Positions 37,985 to 51,340 of a stretch of 64,000 nt of DNA are shown here, piece after piece. Numbering within the stretch: the first letter of the stretch is position 1; each line of letters starts with the position of its first letter. Made by a program: the position numbers and the translations under genes. A model generated the notes under the pieces. The model ran no database searches. It saw only the letters and a program-made list of their open reading frames with translations, and was not told the DNA's origin. The stretch is from Octopus bimaculoides (lineage: Eukaryota), in assembly GCF_001194135.2 (NCBI RefSeq), contig NC_068984.1, forward strand, positions 105,305,650-105,369,649, given 5' to 3'.

Positions 37985-38400
37985 ATATTGAGGGAAAATG
38001 GATGCTAGCAATTCCAAGGTTGTGCAAATACTTAGAGGAGGAATAAATAATACATTCTGGTGAGAGAAGAGATAGATAGGTAAGGGGTTTGTATCAAATA
38101 TAGATATATACTGTTCAGTGTATTGAGGAGTATTCACTCCAGAGAGAAAATGAATGCTAGCTGTTCCAGAGTTGTGCAAATACCAAGAGGAGGAATAGAT
38201 AATACATTCTGGTAGGAGAAAAGATAGACAGGTAGCTAAGAGCATTGTATTAGATATACACTGTTCAGTATATTGAGGGGTATCCAGTCCAGAGAGAAGG
38301 AATAAATAAATAATACACTCTGGTATGAGAAAGACAGGTAGATAACTAGATAAGGGCATTGCAGTAGATATATACTGCTGAGGGGTATTATTGTCGAGGG
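37985..38400. repeat. Degenerate tandem repeat, period about 152 bp, about 2.7 copies
   Basis: GAAAATG(G/A)ATGCTAGC recurs at 37994 and 38146; AATAATAC(A)TTCTGGT occurs three times. Confidence 0.7.
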
Positions 38401-38924
38401 AAATTAGAGGAAGTGAGTGCAAGGGCAGGTAAAATGGCATTCCCATCCAAAGAAATTAGGATGGGGGCAAATGTAAAGACAGACAAATAAGGGGAAAAAT
38501 AACATAAGGCAGATGCCAGACCTATAGGGCTGGGTATCAATGTAGGTAATAAAGTGGACATAAAAAAAGATAATAGACAAGTCTATAGTGGGTGGGCATA
38601 TTTTACTAGAGGGGATATGTAGGGTTGACTAGCTACTAAGAAAAGCTAGAAATAGATGTCAACTAGTAAAGAAAAGATTTAAAAATAAAACTAAGGTTAA
38701 GATAATGTTATAAAAGTAAAATAAAAAATAATTAAATTTAAAATAAAGTTGATGCTTAAAATTAAAAGTAAGAAATGAGCAGCCATAGTGCTAATGAAGC
38801 TACATTGTTAATGAGGCCTACAGAAGAACTAGGGGCCTAAGGAATCTATGTATATATGGAGAGAAGGTTTAGTGCTGTTCATTTAATAACAGTAAAACAG
38901 TTATGTATGTGGAAGTGTCAGATA

Positions 38925-39420
38925 TATTGGGTCATCCGATAATGCAGTTTTTTCAATTGCATGAACTAACTATAAAAGCAGGTAGTAATTTTACCTTGTA
39001 CTTATTCTTAGTGCAAGTTTTGAAGAATTTGGTTTGTATTGTGGTTTAAATATTGTTGTACTGTTGTTTGAATTGTTGTAGTGTTTGCTGAACACTTTGG
39101 TTTTTGCTACCTTGTGGCAGTCTGGTTGTACTTTCCCTCCTCATAGAGGAGGGTAGGTCAGGTAGGAAAATGGAAGACATCAGATTTTCAGATAGCAGCT
39201 ACACTGAGGTCTCCGATTCTGAGAAGTTGGATATTCCATGGACCACTAAGAAGGAAAAAAAAGCAAGGCTAGATAGAAGCAAACCCTGGTGGAACAAAAT
39301 CCTATCATAACTGTTGAGTAACTAGCAGAGAAGCTTGAATTTGGTCATTCAATCATTCATCAACACCTACACTAGAAGAGCATTGTAGAAAATGAAGGAG
39401 AGTATATTTTAGATTAAAAA
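38925..39420 (+). mobile_element. Mariner remnant, same family as 47773-48940
   Basis: Shares the TIR and subterminal sequence, and the HTH remnant QNPIITVE*LAEKLEFGHSIIHQHL. Confidence 0.6.
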
Positions 39421-41200
39421 AGAACTTTGTTTTCTTAATTAGTAGTATAAAAAAAACATATTATTTATGGATTTACCCAATATATATATATATATTATTA
39501 GGCTTGGGTATACACCTGGTGCTATGCCATTCCAAACTACAAAACCCTGTTTGCAATCAGCTATGGGCAAATAACAAAATGCATTATAATTGAACCAAGT
39601 GAAACCAAGTTTATTGAGCGAGGTACCATTTGAAAAGTCACCTGATGAGACCCATCTGCACCACAGCTAATTGTCCAGAATCTCACCTGTGAGAGACTGA
39701 TGCATAATAGGTTGAAATGATCATTGTGATTAATAAAGAATCTCATGAATTCCATTTTCTCTTCCTCTCATTTGTTATGTATATATATGTGTGTGTGTGT
39801 GCATGTATATATATATATATATATATGTATGTATATATCCTCATCAGTGTCCCCAGTGTAACTCCATAGCAAAATCCATACCTGGAACTCAAATTACATT
39901 CATGCAGCCATTGCAAATATATGCAGCTTCTTTTTTTAGACTTATTATTTAAAACAAATCTTTTCCTTCAAACATACATTGAAACTGACAGAAGTGACCA
40001 TCATGTGTGTGTGTGTATATGTATGTATGTATGCATGCATGCATGTACGTATGTATGTGGGTACCATCATCGTTTATAAAAATCCACTTTTTCATGCTTG
40101 CATGGGCAGACGGAATTTATTGCAGCAAATTTTCTGTGGCTGTATATCCCTCCTGTCACCAACCTTTATTTCTTGCCAAGCAGGATATTTTCCCATTACC
40201 AGACATATTTTTGCAGAATTTTGGAAATGAATGGCTTTCATTTACAGCAATCATGTCATGTCAAGAAAAATAGGCACAAATATACACCCCCTCCTCACAC
40301 TCACATATATACACATACATGCACACGTATGTATACACAATGAGCATCTTTCAATTTTCTGTCTACTAACTCCATTCACAAGGCTTGGTCAGCCTGCAGC
40401 TACTGTAGAAGACACCCAAGATGTTATGCAGTGAGACTGAACTTGAAACCATGAGGGTGGGAAGCAGACTTAACTACATATTATGCCTCTGCTGCAACTC
40501 TCCAATGAAAGATTTAATTCAAGAAGTCTAACTGGATCTGACAGCTTTACTATTTTAAGTACATAATCTTAGCAGCTTAAGACTTAATACGATAAGATCA
40601 AGGATCAATGTAAAGTGGTGGTGGTCTGCACTGGCAAAAATTGATCCAAAACAGACAGAGGCATAGCTGTGTAGTTGAGAAGTTTGCTTTTCAGCTATGT
40701 GATTTTGGGTTCAGTCCTACTGTGTGGCACCTTGGGTAAATGTCCTCTATTATAGCCCCTGGGTTGACCAAAGCCTTGCAAGAGGATTTGGTAAATGGAA
40801 ACTGAAAGAAACCCATTGTGTATGTGTATATATATATATATCATCATTGTCGTTTAACGTCCGCTTTCCATGCTAGCATGGGTTGGACGATTTGACTGAG
40901 GACTGGTGAAACCAGATGGCTACACCAGGCTCCAATCTGATTTGGCAGAGTTTCTACAGCTGGATGCCCTTCCTAACGCCAACCACTCCGAGAGTGTAGT
41001 GGGTGCTTTTACGTGCCACTGGCACGAAGATATATATATATATATAATTACAGGTACAGGTGTGGCAAGAAGCTTGCTTCCCAACCACATGTTTCCAGGT
41101 TCAGTCTCACCGTGTGGAACCTTGTGTTAGTCTCCTCTACTGTAGCTTTGTGCTGACCAAAGCGTGAGTGAATTTGGTAGATGGAAACTGAAAGAAGCCT

Positions 41201-41239
<39 letters not shown>

Positions 41240-41253
<14 letters not shown>

Positions 41254-43180
41254 ATAGAAAGGACAACAAAAGAAAGAGACCTCGATATTATGTAAATAGA
41301 GGAATTTATCTGTAAAAATATGTGACAATTATTTGGTAGCCATGATAAAACTCCGAGTTTCGAATGCTGGGGTGGAAACCCACCCCACTATCTCTTCAGT
41401 TATCTGGCCATTGAAAATTGCTATGAAAATGACCGTTAAACAAAGGAAAATTACTGTGTGGTTGACCGTTATTAAGACAAAAAAGCTATTAGAATGACCG
41501 CTAAGTGAGGGGAGGGAGTGATGGTAAGGGAGTAAAAATGTCCATAGTATTTGCGTAAGCGCACCAGTCCATACATATACATGTGCAACCGCATACCCAT
41601 GTACATGCGCCTATATGTAAATACTCATCCACCCTTGCTTGAAACACGCACGTGCTCACCCACACATTCGCCAAATATATATATATATATATACACACCC
41701 ACACACACGCATGCAAAAAGGTTCATACACAGGTCAATATATGCACATACTCAAGGAAAAAAAAAACGGCTAAAGGCAAAATACAGAAAACTGTAAAAAA
41801 GTGTGAAAAAGCTTTAAGGGCAAAACGCATCTATATGCGCACATTCTTGCATGCATGCACACACATCTATATACGCACATACCCACACACACGCACAAAA
41901 AGTTCCATGGGTTTCTGCTCTGGCCGAATAATTGTCACATATTTTTACAGATATATATATATACATATATNNNNNNNNNNNNNNNNNNNNNNNNNNNNNN
42001 NNNNNNNNNNNNNNNNNNNNNNNNNNNNNNNNNNNNNNNNNNNNNNNNNNNNNNNNNNNNNNNNNNNNNNNNNNNNNNNNNNNNNNNNNNNNNNNNNNNN
42101 NNNNNNNNNNNNNNNNNNNNNNNNNNNNNNNNNNNNNNNNNNNNNNNNNNNNNNNNNNNNNNNNNNNNNNNNNNNNNNNNNNNNNNNNNNNNNNNNNNNN
42201 NNNNNNNNNNNNNNNNNNNNNNNNNNNNNNNNNNNNNNNNNNNNNNNNNNNNNNNNNNNNNNNNNNNNNNNNNNNNNNNNNNNNNNNNNNNNNNNNNNNN
42301 NNNNNNNNNNNNNNNNNNNNNNNNNNNNNNNNNNNNNNNNNNNNNNNNNNNNNNNNNNNNNNNNNNNNNNNNNNNNNNNNNNNNNNNNNNNTTACCACAC
42401 AGCCACTCCTGCGCCTATATATATAAATAATATATAAATATATGCATATATACATACATATATGTACATACCTACATATATATGTATATATACATGCATA
42501 TATGGGTACAGGACATCAAAAAATGCTAAACACAATGAGAAACAAAAACATAGAAAACAAACTTTTTTTCGAACAACGAAAAAAACAAACAGAGAAACGA
42601 GACAAGCAACATAAAGAATGTACCCCTTCTTCAGTTGTCCGTTTCATCTACTCTGTGTTTCGAAGGTAAGGACAATACACGACTTCGTTGAAACAGTCCT
42701 TCCCGCAAAACAAACTAAATAAAATTTGGGATTTTTTGCGGAGGGCGAATGTGTTAACAAGAACAGGACAGTGAGAACAAGACAGTAAAAACAAACGGTG
42801 AGAGCTGATGATGTTCCAAGATGATGGAAAAATTATTATGAACGCAAGGAGGACGAGCCATGAGAGGAGACAGGCGAGGCACGTCTTTTCGTTAGGAAGG
42901 CTGTGGACAGAAATAGAGATCCCCTTTCATCATGTGTCAGCAACGAGAGAGTCAAAGAAGAAGAGTGAGAGAGAGAGGGAAAGAAGAAGAGTGTGCATTG
43001 TAATTATTAAGACAAAACTTACTTGGAAAAGGATGCGTGGCATTCGATTATATAATAATATAAATAATATATAAATATATGCATATATACATACATACAT
43101 GTACATACCTACATATATATGTATATATACATGCATATATGGGTACAGGACATTAAAAAAATGTTAAACACAATGAGAGA
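41240..43180 (-). mobile_element. Penelope-associated repeat region (pseudo-LTR-like) with an internal direct repeat
   Basis: Contains a minimal type I hammerhead of the kind found in PLEs, and a direct repeat of about 130 bp at 42415-42545 and 43050-43175. No coding remnant seen (gap at 41971-42391). Confidence 0.5.
41339..41408 (-). ncRNA. Minimal type I hammerhead ribozyme
   Basis: GCCAGAUAA-CUGAAGA-G..UGGGGUGG GUUU CCACCCCA..C-GAAA-CUCGGAG-UU-UUAUCAUGGC. All core nucleotides present; stem I 9 bp with one bulge; near-palindromic stem III. Confidence 0.75.
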
Positions 43181-43349
43181 CAATGTGTGTGTGTGTGTGT
43201 GTGTGTACCCATACAAAGTCATTCATTTCCAGTCTTCCATGAAAAACATCTCTAGTTATGAGAAAAGGTTGGTAACAGGAAAGGCATACAGCTGCAGAAA
43301 ATCTTCCTCTACAGATTCTGTCAGACTTGTGGAAGCATGGAAATATGGA

Positions 43350-44942
43350 TGTTAAAGTGCCACTTGTGTGAAATGAGAGAACATATATCGTGCCACACGG
43401 GAGGCGAGGCAACGGACGTTTGCGGTGAGACGTTACGTGTGTGGAGACAGTCGACCAAGGCAGCGACGATCGTCGACTTGAAGTCGGCATATTTGCAGCT
43501 CCGTGTGAGTGACAAGCTGTGGCGATACCAGCTGGTGTGGTACAAGGGCCGGACGTACTGTTTAACCAGGCTGGGTTTCGGGCTGAATTCCGCTCCGAAA
43601 ATTATGGCGATGGTGCTCAAGTCCATCCTAGTGAAAAAGGAGAGGATAAGGAAGGCCACCAGACTCTCTTCTCGCTGGTAATTACTGTTCCTACCCAGCC
43701 GACCACGGTNNNNNNNNNNNNNNNNNNNNNNNNNNNNNNNNNNNNNNNNNNNNNNNNNNNNNNNNNNNNNNNNNNNNNNNNNNNNNNNNNNNNNNNNNNN
43801 NNNNNNNNNNNNNNNNNNNNNNNNNNNNNNNNNNNNNNNNNNNNNNNNNNNNNNNNNNNNNNNNNNNNNNNNNNNNNNNNNNNNNNNNNNNNNNNNNNNN
43901 NNNNNNNNNNNNNNNNNNNNNNNNNNNNNNNNNNNNNNNNNNNNNNNNNNNNNNNNNNNNNNNNNNNNNNNNNNNNNNNNNNNNNNNNNNNNNNNNNNNN
44001 NNNNNNNNNNNNNNNNNNNNNNNNNNNNNNNNNNNNNNNNNNNNNNNNNNNNNNNNNNNNNNNNNNNNNNNNNNNNNNNNNNNNNNNNNNNNNNNNNNNN
44101 NNNNNNNNNNNNNNNNNNNNNNNNNNNNNNNNNNNNNNNNNNNNNNNNNNNNNNNNNNNNNNNNNNNNNNNNNNNNNNNNNNNNNNNNNNNNNNNNNNNN
44201 NNNNNNNNNNNNNNNNNNNNNNNNNNNNNNNNNNNNNNNNNNNNNNNNNNNNNNNNNNNNNNNNNNNNNNNNNNNNNNNNNNNNNNNNNNNNNNNNNNNN
44301 NNNNNNNNNNNNNNNNNNNNNNNNNNNNNNNNNNNNNNNNNNNNNNNNNNNNNNNNNNNNNNNNNNNNNNNNNNNNNNNNNNNNNNNNNNNNNNNNGACG
44401 AAAGGTGCTGCGAAGATGTTGGTGAAACGCCGCCTAGAAATTCTGGGAGAGCTGATCGCCGAGTTCGGACTGAAGCTGAACGTGGTTTTCGTGCCTTCGG
44501 AGAGAAACAGGGCGGACGCACTGACCAGGGTGAAAAGGGTGTGGCTGGAGGAACCGGAGGAAGCAAGGAAAGGGATAGCGGCAGCGTGTCGGCTGGGTGA
44601 CTCCGAACTGAAAGAGCTACATGCTATGCACCACTTGGGGGTGGATAGGACCCTGTATCTGTCGAAAATGATTGATGCTGACGTTACTAGGAGAAACGTC
44701 AAGAAAGTGGTCGCGAAATGTGACAGATGCCAGTCCATTGACCCCGCCCCGGGTGGGCATGAGCAGGGGAACCTCTCAGTAGAACACAGCTGGAGGAGAC
44801 TAGCTGTGGATGTGACGCACTACCGTCAGGAAATGTATCTCAGCATGGTCGACTGTGGGCCGGGCCAGCTGGCCATTTGGAGGGAGCTGAGGACAGGCAT
44901 TGCCGATGAGATTGCCCGCATTCTGAACGGGATATTCTTGGA
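43350..44942 (+). mobile_element. Ty3/Gypsy-like LTR retrotransposon pol fragments (RT, RNase H end, integrase), interrupted by gaps
   Basis: IVDLKSAYLQL..., YCLTRLGFGLNSAP (RT); N.ADALTR (RNase H end); H..HHLGV...CDRC and LAVDVTH...MVD (integrase). Confidence 0.85.
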
Positions 44943-46133
44943 NNNNNNNNNNNNNNNNNNNNNNNNNNNNNNNNNNNNNNNNNNNNNNNNNNNNNNNNNN
45001 NNNNNNNNNNNNNNNNNNNNNNNNNNNNNNNNNNNNNNNNNNNNNNNNNNNNNNNNNNNNNNNNNNNNNNNNNNNNNNNNNNNNNNNNNNNNNNNNNNNN
45101 NNNNNNNNNNNNNNNNNNNNNNNNNNNNNNNNNNNNNNNNNNNNNNNNNNNNNNNNNNNNNNNNNNNNNNNNNNNNNNNNNNNNNNNNNNNNNNNNNNNN
45201 NNNNNNNNNNNNNNNNNNNNNNNNNNNNNNNNNNNNNNNNNNNNNNNNNNNNNNNNNNNNNNNNNNNNNNNNNNNNNNNNNNNNNNNNNNNNNNNNNNNN
45301 NNNNNNNNNNNNNNNNNNNNNNNNNNNNNNNNNNNNNNNNNNNNNNNNNNNNNNNNNNNNNNNNNNNNNNNNNNNNNNNNNNNNNNNNNNNNNNNNNNNN
45401 NNNNNNNNNNNNNNNNNNNNNNNNNNNNNNNNNNNNNNNNNNNNNNNNNNNNNNNNNNNNNNNNNNNNNNNNNNNNNNNNNNNNNNNNNNNNNNNNNNNN
45501 NNNNNNNNNNNNNNNNNNNNNNNNNNNNNNNNNNNNNNNNNNNNNNNNNNNNNNNNNNNNNNNNNNNNNNNNNNNNNNNNNNNNNNNNNNNNNNNNNNNN
45601 NNNNNNNNNNNNNNNNNNNNNNNNNNNNNNNNNNNNNNNNNNNNNNNNNNNNNNNNNNNNNNNNNNNNNNNNNNNNNNNNNNNNNNNNNNNNNNNNNNNN
45701 NNNNNNNNNNNNNNNNNNNNNNNNNNNNNNNNNNNNNNNNNNNNNNNNNNNNNNNNNNNNNNNNNNNNNNNNNNNNNNNNNNNNNNNNNNNNNNNNNNNN
45801 NNNNNNNNNNNNNNNNNNNNNNNNNNNNNNNNNNNNNNNNNNNNNNNNNNNNNNNNNNNNNNNNNNNNNNNNNNNNNNNNNNNNNNNNNNNNNNNNNNNN
45901 NNNNNNNNNNNNNNNNNNNNNNNNNNNATCGGGATTCATGCCCTTTTTGAACGGGGTCGCGGACAGGACAAGACGTGTTCAGTGACGGTCTAGGTTTGGG
46001 AGAAGCAGCTGCTATTCCTGGTGTTCTTTGGGTCGGGGCAAGCTTCAAGGATTGGATACCGCAAGACAGACTCGCAGTCAACGAAAGGAAAACCGAGGTA
46101 AGGCAATTACATCTACTCGTACGCACACACCAC

Positions 46134-46189
<56 letters not shown>

Positions 46190-46190
<1 letters not shown>

Positions 46191-46830
46191 ACAAAGTGTA
46201 AGCGCCCTCAGAGAAAAGTTGGACATAAGAAGCATCAGATGTGGTGTGCAAGAGAGATGACTGCGTTGGTATGGTCATGTGTTGCATATGAATGAGGACA
46301 GGTGTGTGAAGAAGTGTCATACCCTAACAGTGGAGGGAACTTGTGGAAGAGGTAGACCTAGGAAGACATGAGATGAGATGGTGAAGCACGACCTTCAAAT
46401 GTTGGGCCTCACAGAGGCAATGACAAGCGAGTGAGACCTTTGGAGATATGCTGTGCTTGAGAAGACTCAGCAAGCCGAGTGAGATCATGCTGTGGCCAAT
46501 GCCTGTGTCGCATAACTAGCCCATTTAAAAGCACCAACTGAAATTGTAGTCATGGCTGATACCAGTGCTACCTGACTAGCTCCCATGCTGGTGGCATGTA
46601 AAAAGCACCATTTGAGCATGACCAATGCCAATGCTGCCTAACTGGCTCCCATGTCGGTGGTACGTAAAAAGCACCCACTACAGTCTCAGAGTGGTTGGCA
46701 TTAGGAACGGCATCCAGCTGTAGAAACCTTGCCAAATCAGATTGGAGCCCGGTGCAGTCCTCAGTCAAACCATTCAACCCATGCCAGCATGGAAAGCGGA
46801 CGTTAAATGACATCGCCAATGATGATGATA
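46190..46830 (+). mobile_element. 5'-truncated RTE-clade LINE (ORF2 C-terminus plus 3' UTR with GAT tail)
   Basis: LREKLDIRSI...LRWYGHV..M.EDR.VKK...VEG..GRGRPRKT... followed by the abundant GCATGGAAAGCGGACGTTAAA(TGA)n tail. This shows that the many short copies are LINE 3' ends. Confidence 0.8.
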
Positions 46831-47735
46831 CACACACACACAAAGAGCTTCTGTTTCTGTCTTTACACAAAAGCTATGTATTATTTTTTTAATAAAAGCT
46901 ATTTGTATATTCTTACAACTACAACATGACCATAAATGAACAGATTCCCAAGTTATCTAATTATTAATCCACAAACTCATGCAAATGCCATGACATTGAA
47001 AGCACTCCACAGAGTGGAAATGTGATTGGCCTCTTGTTCATATATTGTCACCTCTGCTGTGTCTTACAACAAAATGTAAATTGCATCAAGCGATTGTTGT
47101 AAACTATGTGATCTGTGAACTGAAAGTAGAAGATTACAATAGTTAGATGCTGTGAATTAAGTATTATAGTGTTACATAGAAACTAATATCATCCGTGGAA
47201 TCTTAATATACCAATAGTATTGTTCCTCACTGAAAACAGAAATATGTGACAGTTTAGGTTTCATGAAGAATGGAAATATTTAACAGAAGTGACTTACTCT
47301 GAAATTTCAGCTGTTTCCTATTGACAGTTACTTTTACTTTATAATGTAACCTTAAACAAAATGCATTTGAGACTAGCATATTTGAGGTCACTATAAAACT
47401 GAAATTTAATATTGCTATACAGTCTCTTTAGCAATTTATATATATATATGAGATCGTTGCCAGTGCCGCTGGACTGGCTCCTGTGCAGGTGGCACGTAAA
47501 ATACACCATTTTCAGCGTGGCTGTTACCAGTACTGCCTGACTGGCCTTCGTGCTGGTGGCACGTAAAAGCACCCACTACACTCTCGGAGTGGTTGGCATT
47601 AGGAAGGGCATCCAGCTGTAGAAACTCTGCCAAATCAGATTGGAGCCTGGTGTAGCCATCTGGTTCACCAGTCCTCAATCAAATCGTACAACCCTGCTAG
47701 CATGGAAAGCGGACATTAAACAATGNNNNNNNNNN

Positions 47736-47772
<37 letters not shown>

Positions 47773-47774
<2 letters not shown>

Positions 47775-48940
47775 GGTCATCCCATAAATAATGCATTTTT
47801 AAAATATTTATTTTATTTTTTAAAATTAAGATAAACAAAGTTCTTTCTTAATCTAAAATAGACTCTCCTTCATTTTTGACAATGCTTTTCTATCTCTCTG
47901 GTAGACTTGCAAGGCCCCTCTTCCAAAATTCACTTGCTGTGATGAAAAATACTCCTCTAGTACTGTTCTACAGAATTCATACATTTTCTGTCCAAATAAT
48001 TTTGAAGATTGCGGAATAAATAATTATCAGATGGGGTAATGTTCGGCGAATATGGTGGGTGGGGCATCTTTTCCCATTCAAACTGCTTCAGACTTTGACA
48101 TGTCATCCTTGTTGTATGTGGTCGCCGCTCAAGCTACTCACAGTAGATCTCTTTTATCATTTGGTTTGGGTTTGAAAGTTTGAAGTGGACTAAACCTTTC
48201 ATATCCCACCAAACAGATAACAACACCTTACGTGGGTGAAAACCTTCTTTAGCCTGTGCCAGTGTTTTTCCTTTCCCTACCCAGTCTTCCATGCTTGACA
48301 TTTTTATAGAGAACTCATTTTTCATCACCAGTCACTATTTGGTCCAAAAAAACCTTCATACATGAGATATGACAGCAAAGAAGAGCACACATTCACTCTC
48401 TGTGCACAATTAAGCTCAGTAAGATTGAGGAATCCATTGACCCAATTTGCTGACTTTTCTGATGGCACACAGGTGTCAATGAATGGTTGAATGACAAGAT
48501 CCAAACTTCTCTGCTAGTTCTTCAACAGTTACGATGGGATTTTGTTGAACCAGGGTTTGCAGAATGTCTTTGCCAAGCTCTACAGATCTTCCAGGACAAG
48601 GCTCATTTTCTAGGCTGTAGTTTTCAGCTTGGAATTTCTGGAACCTCTGTTGACACTAGCTTACACTTATTGTCCGATCTCCATATACTGCATTAATATT
48701 CCTTGCACTTCCCGTTGCGTTGTTGCCTTTATTGAACTCATAAAGCAAAATATGCTCCTTTGTCACTGAAAAAATAACTGTTAAAATCGAACTGCACTCT
48801 TCAAAACTTGCACTAAGGATAAATACAAGGTAAAATTACTGCCTGCTTTTATAGTGAGTTGATGCAGGTAATTTATCCTGTCCCCCTTCAACTTTTAGTT
48901 CATGCAATTGAAAAAAGCTGCATTATTTATGGGATGTATA
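47773..48940 (-). mobile_element. Degraded Tc1/mariner (mariner-type) transposon
   Basis: TIR core CATCCCATAAATAATGCA at both ends in TA context. Transposase remnant AKEGFHPRKVLLSVWWDMKGLVHF. Confidence 0.85.
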
Positions 48941-49009
48941 TATATTTAATTTTTGTATCTGGTTTGCAAGATTCTTTATGTGAATTTGTGTGTTGAAGCA
49001 TATCTTATT

Positions 49010-49591
49010 GTCTGGGGAGAGTCATTATCTTTTAGTGCCTTATTAATTTAACACACTCACCAGTCTGATTTCCACTCATTTACTTATTAATTTTTACTAA
49101 AATTTTCATTGCATCTTGCAACCTTTTCAATAGTCATTGACTGTCCATTATTGGAACTGCTTTCTTCTTTTGTTTGTTTGTGAGCATACACATATGTATG
49201 TAGGTATGCAGACAGACTGGCACACACACATATACATCCAAATGAAGACTGAAACAAGCGACCATATAAACACACACGCACACAGAGACACACATCCATG
49301 CATAACAGTCATATAAACCCATACACAGACACAAGCACATGGATATGCAGAATACATAAAAACGTGCACACATATATATATATATGCATACATACACACA
49401 TAAATGTGTATGCACACACAAAAAAAAAAAGAAAAAAAAGAATGCAGTTCTGATAACAGAGTCAATCACTATTGAAAAGGTTGCAAGACACAATGAAAAT
49501 TTTAGTAAAAATTAATAAGTAAATGAGTGGAAATCGGACTGGTGAGCGGTGTTAAATTCATAAGGCACTAAAAGATAATGACTCTCCCCAG

Positions 49592-49593
<2 letters not shown>
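49010..49593. repeat. Inverted duplication of Penelope-derived sequence
   Basis: Arms of about 155 bp at 49010-49165 and 49440-49593; same sequence family as 28450-28630. Confidence 0.85.
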
Positions 49594-49658
<65 letters not shown>

Positions 49659-51340
49659 TAAATGTATATAAATATATATCATGAACATGTATATATGTGT
49701 ATATGTATATATACACACATGTATGTGTGTGTGTATGTATGTAATTTCAGGTAATATTCATCTGATGACAAGATAATTGGTACATAAAATTAGTGCTAAA
49801 GTTGACTTCCTTCTTAAACTCCAACTTGAATTGCAACTAAAAATACAAGTGTCTAAATCAGAATTGGCTATGGCAGTGTTTCATTTGAGCTGGTACATGT
49901 ACAATAGAACAAAGATCAACTGGAAAGGCAAACAACTTTGCCTGTCTAATCCTTTAGTCTATTCTCTCTATATATATCATCGTTTAATATCTATTTTCCA
50001 TGCTGGCATGGGTATGATGGTTTGACAGGAACAGACAAGTCAGATGACTACACCAAGCTCTGTTGTCCGTTTTGGTTTCTACAGTTTGGTGCCCTTCCTA
50101 ACACCAACCACTTTACAAAGTTTACTGGGTGGTCACTAAGTAACTTGCAGGATAAGACCGCTCAACTGGAGGAAGTAATAGAGGGACAAAAAAGTGTCTT
50201 GCATTAGAAGCAGCACAGCCTCCTCAGATGGAAAAGAGAGAGGAGAGAAAGATGGGTAAGATGTGACAAAGAAAGGGCCATACACCCAAATTACAGGGTG
50301 GCATATATAGTGAAGTGGATCAGGGATTGAGAGGGTGGGTTGGTGAGTTCACAAGATTTCAAAAGGTGAGTGGGAACTAGGTGTGTGTAGGGAAATCCCC
50401 ACACAATTGCAGGTGAGTGCTGGTGTAGCTTCTACCTCTATCCTTCCAGCAGTTAGGGTATAATTACCTGAAAGGTGTCCCTGTCTGCTTTTGACTTTAA
50501 AGGGAATTAGCTAAGTCCATTGTACTTGGTATTAAATCATCCTTGATTCCAAACAATACATACATTTATATGATCTAAAATATCATTTAATGTCTACTTT
50601 TCCATACTTGCATAAGTCAGATGGAATTTGTGGAGGTAAATGTTTTACAGCTGGATGCCCTTCCTGTCACTAATCCTAATCTATTTCTAAGTAAGGTAAT
50701 GTGTTTCCTTAAAAGACTGGAAACAAAGAACACTACTTGCATGACTATGACATTTGTTTACAACTATCACATGAATCAAAAGCAAGGAGACAGTAACACA
50801 CATATAAACAGATACATACATATGATGGCTTCTTTTGGTTTCTATCTATTAAATCCACTTACAAAGCTTTGATTGACATGGGGCTTATAGTAAAAGACAC
50901 TTGCCCAAGGTGCCATGCAGCCAGATTAAACCTGAAACCATGTAGTGGGGAAGTACTTACAACATAGCCAAGATAGGATTAAGAAACATAAAAACAAAAT
51001 GAAGTCTTTTATACATTATTTAAATGCTAAAGGGACCCAGTATGATAAACAGATGGCATGCTGATTAAAAAGTGTCTCAATCGGAGGTTGATAGAGTAGC
51101 TGGTGAAAGGGTTTTAAAGCATATCCAACATGTGATAGAGAATTCTAAGATAACTTCCTGTCCAAACAAGGATGGGGCTGGATATTACAAGATAATAATG
51201 AAACTGACATTCAAAAAGTACAGAAGAACAAAAGCCAGGATAAGTTTAAACAATCATTTCTTTATTTTCATATTTGTACAAAATACTATTAAATATAACT
51301 TCCTTAAAAATACAAATGAGAAAAGTAATTAGATATTATT

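Noticed and set aside
42610-42700. Minus-strand GAAAC...GUA...CUGAAGA words resembling a type II hammerhead
   Set aside because: No convincing stem I, and stems II and III are poor; left uncalled.
43519-45993. 824-aa ORF and other long X-rich ORFs (18712-19932, 26021-26345, 27295-28031, 41652-42455, 61248-61934)
   Set aside because: They are open only because they run through N gaps; only the flanking gypsy and HERO segments are real.
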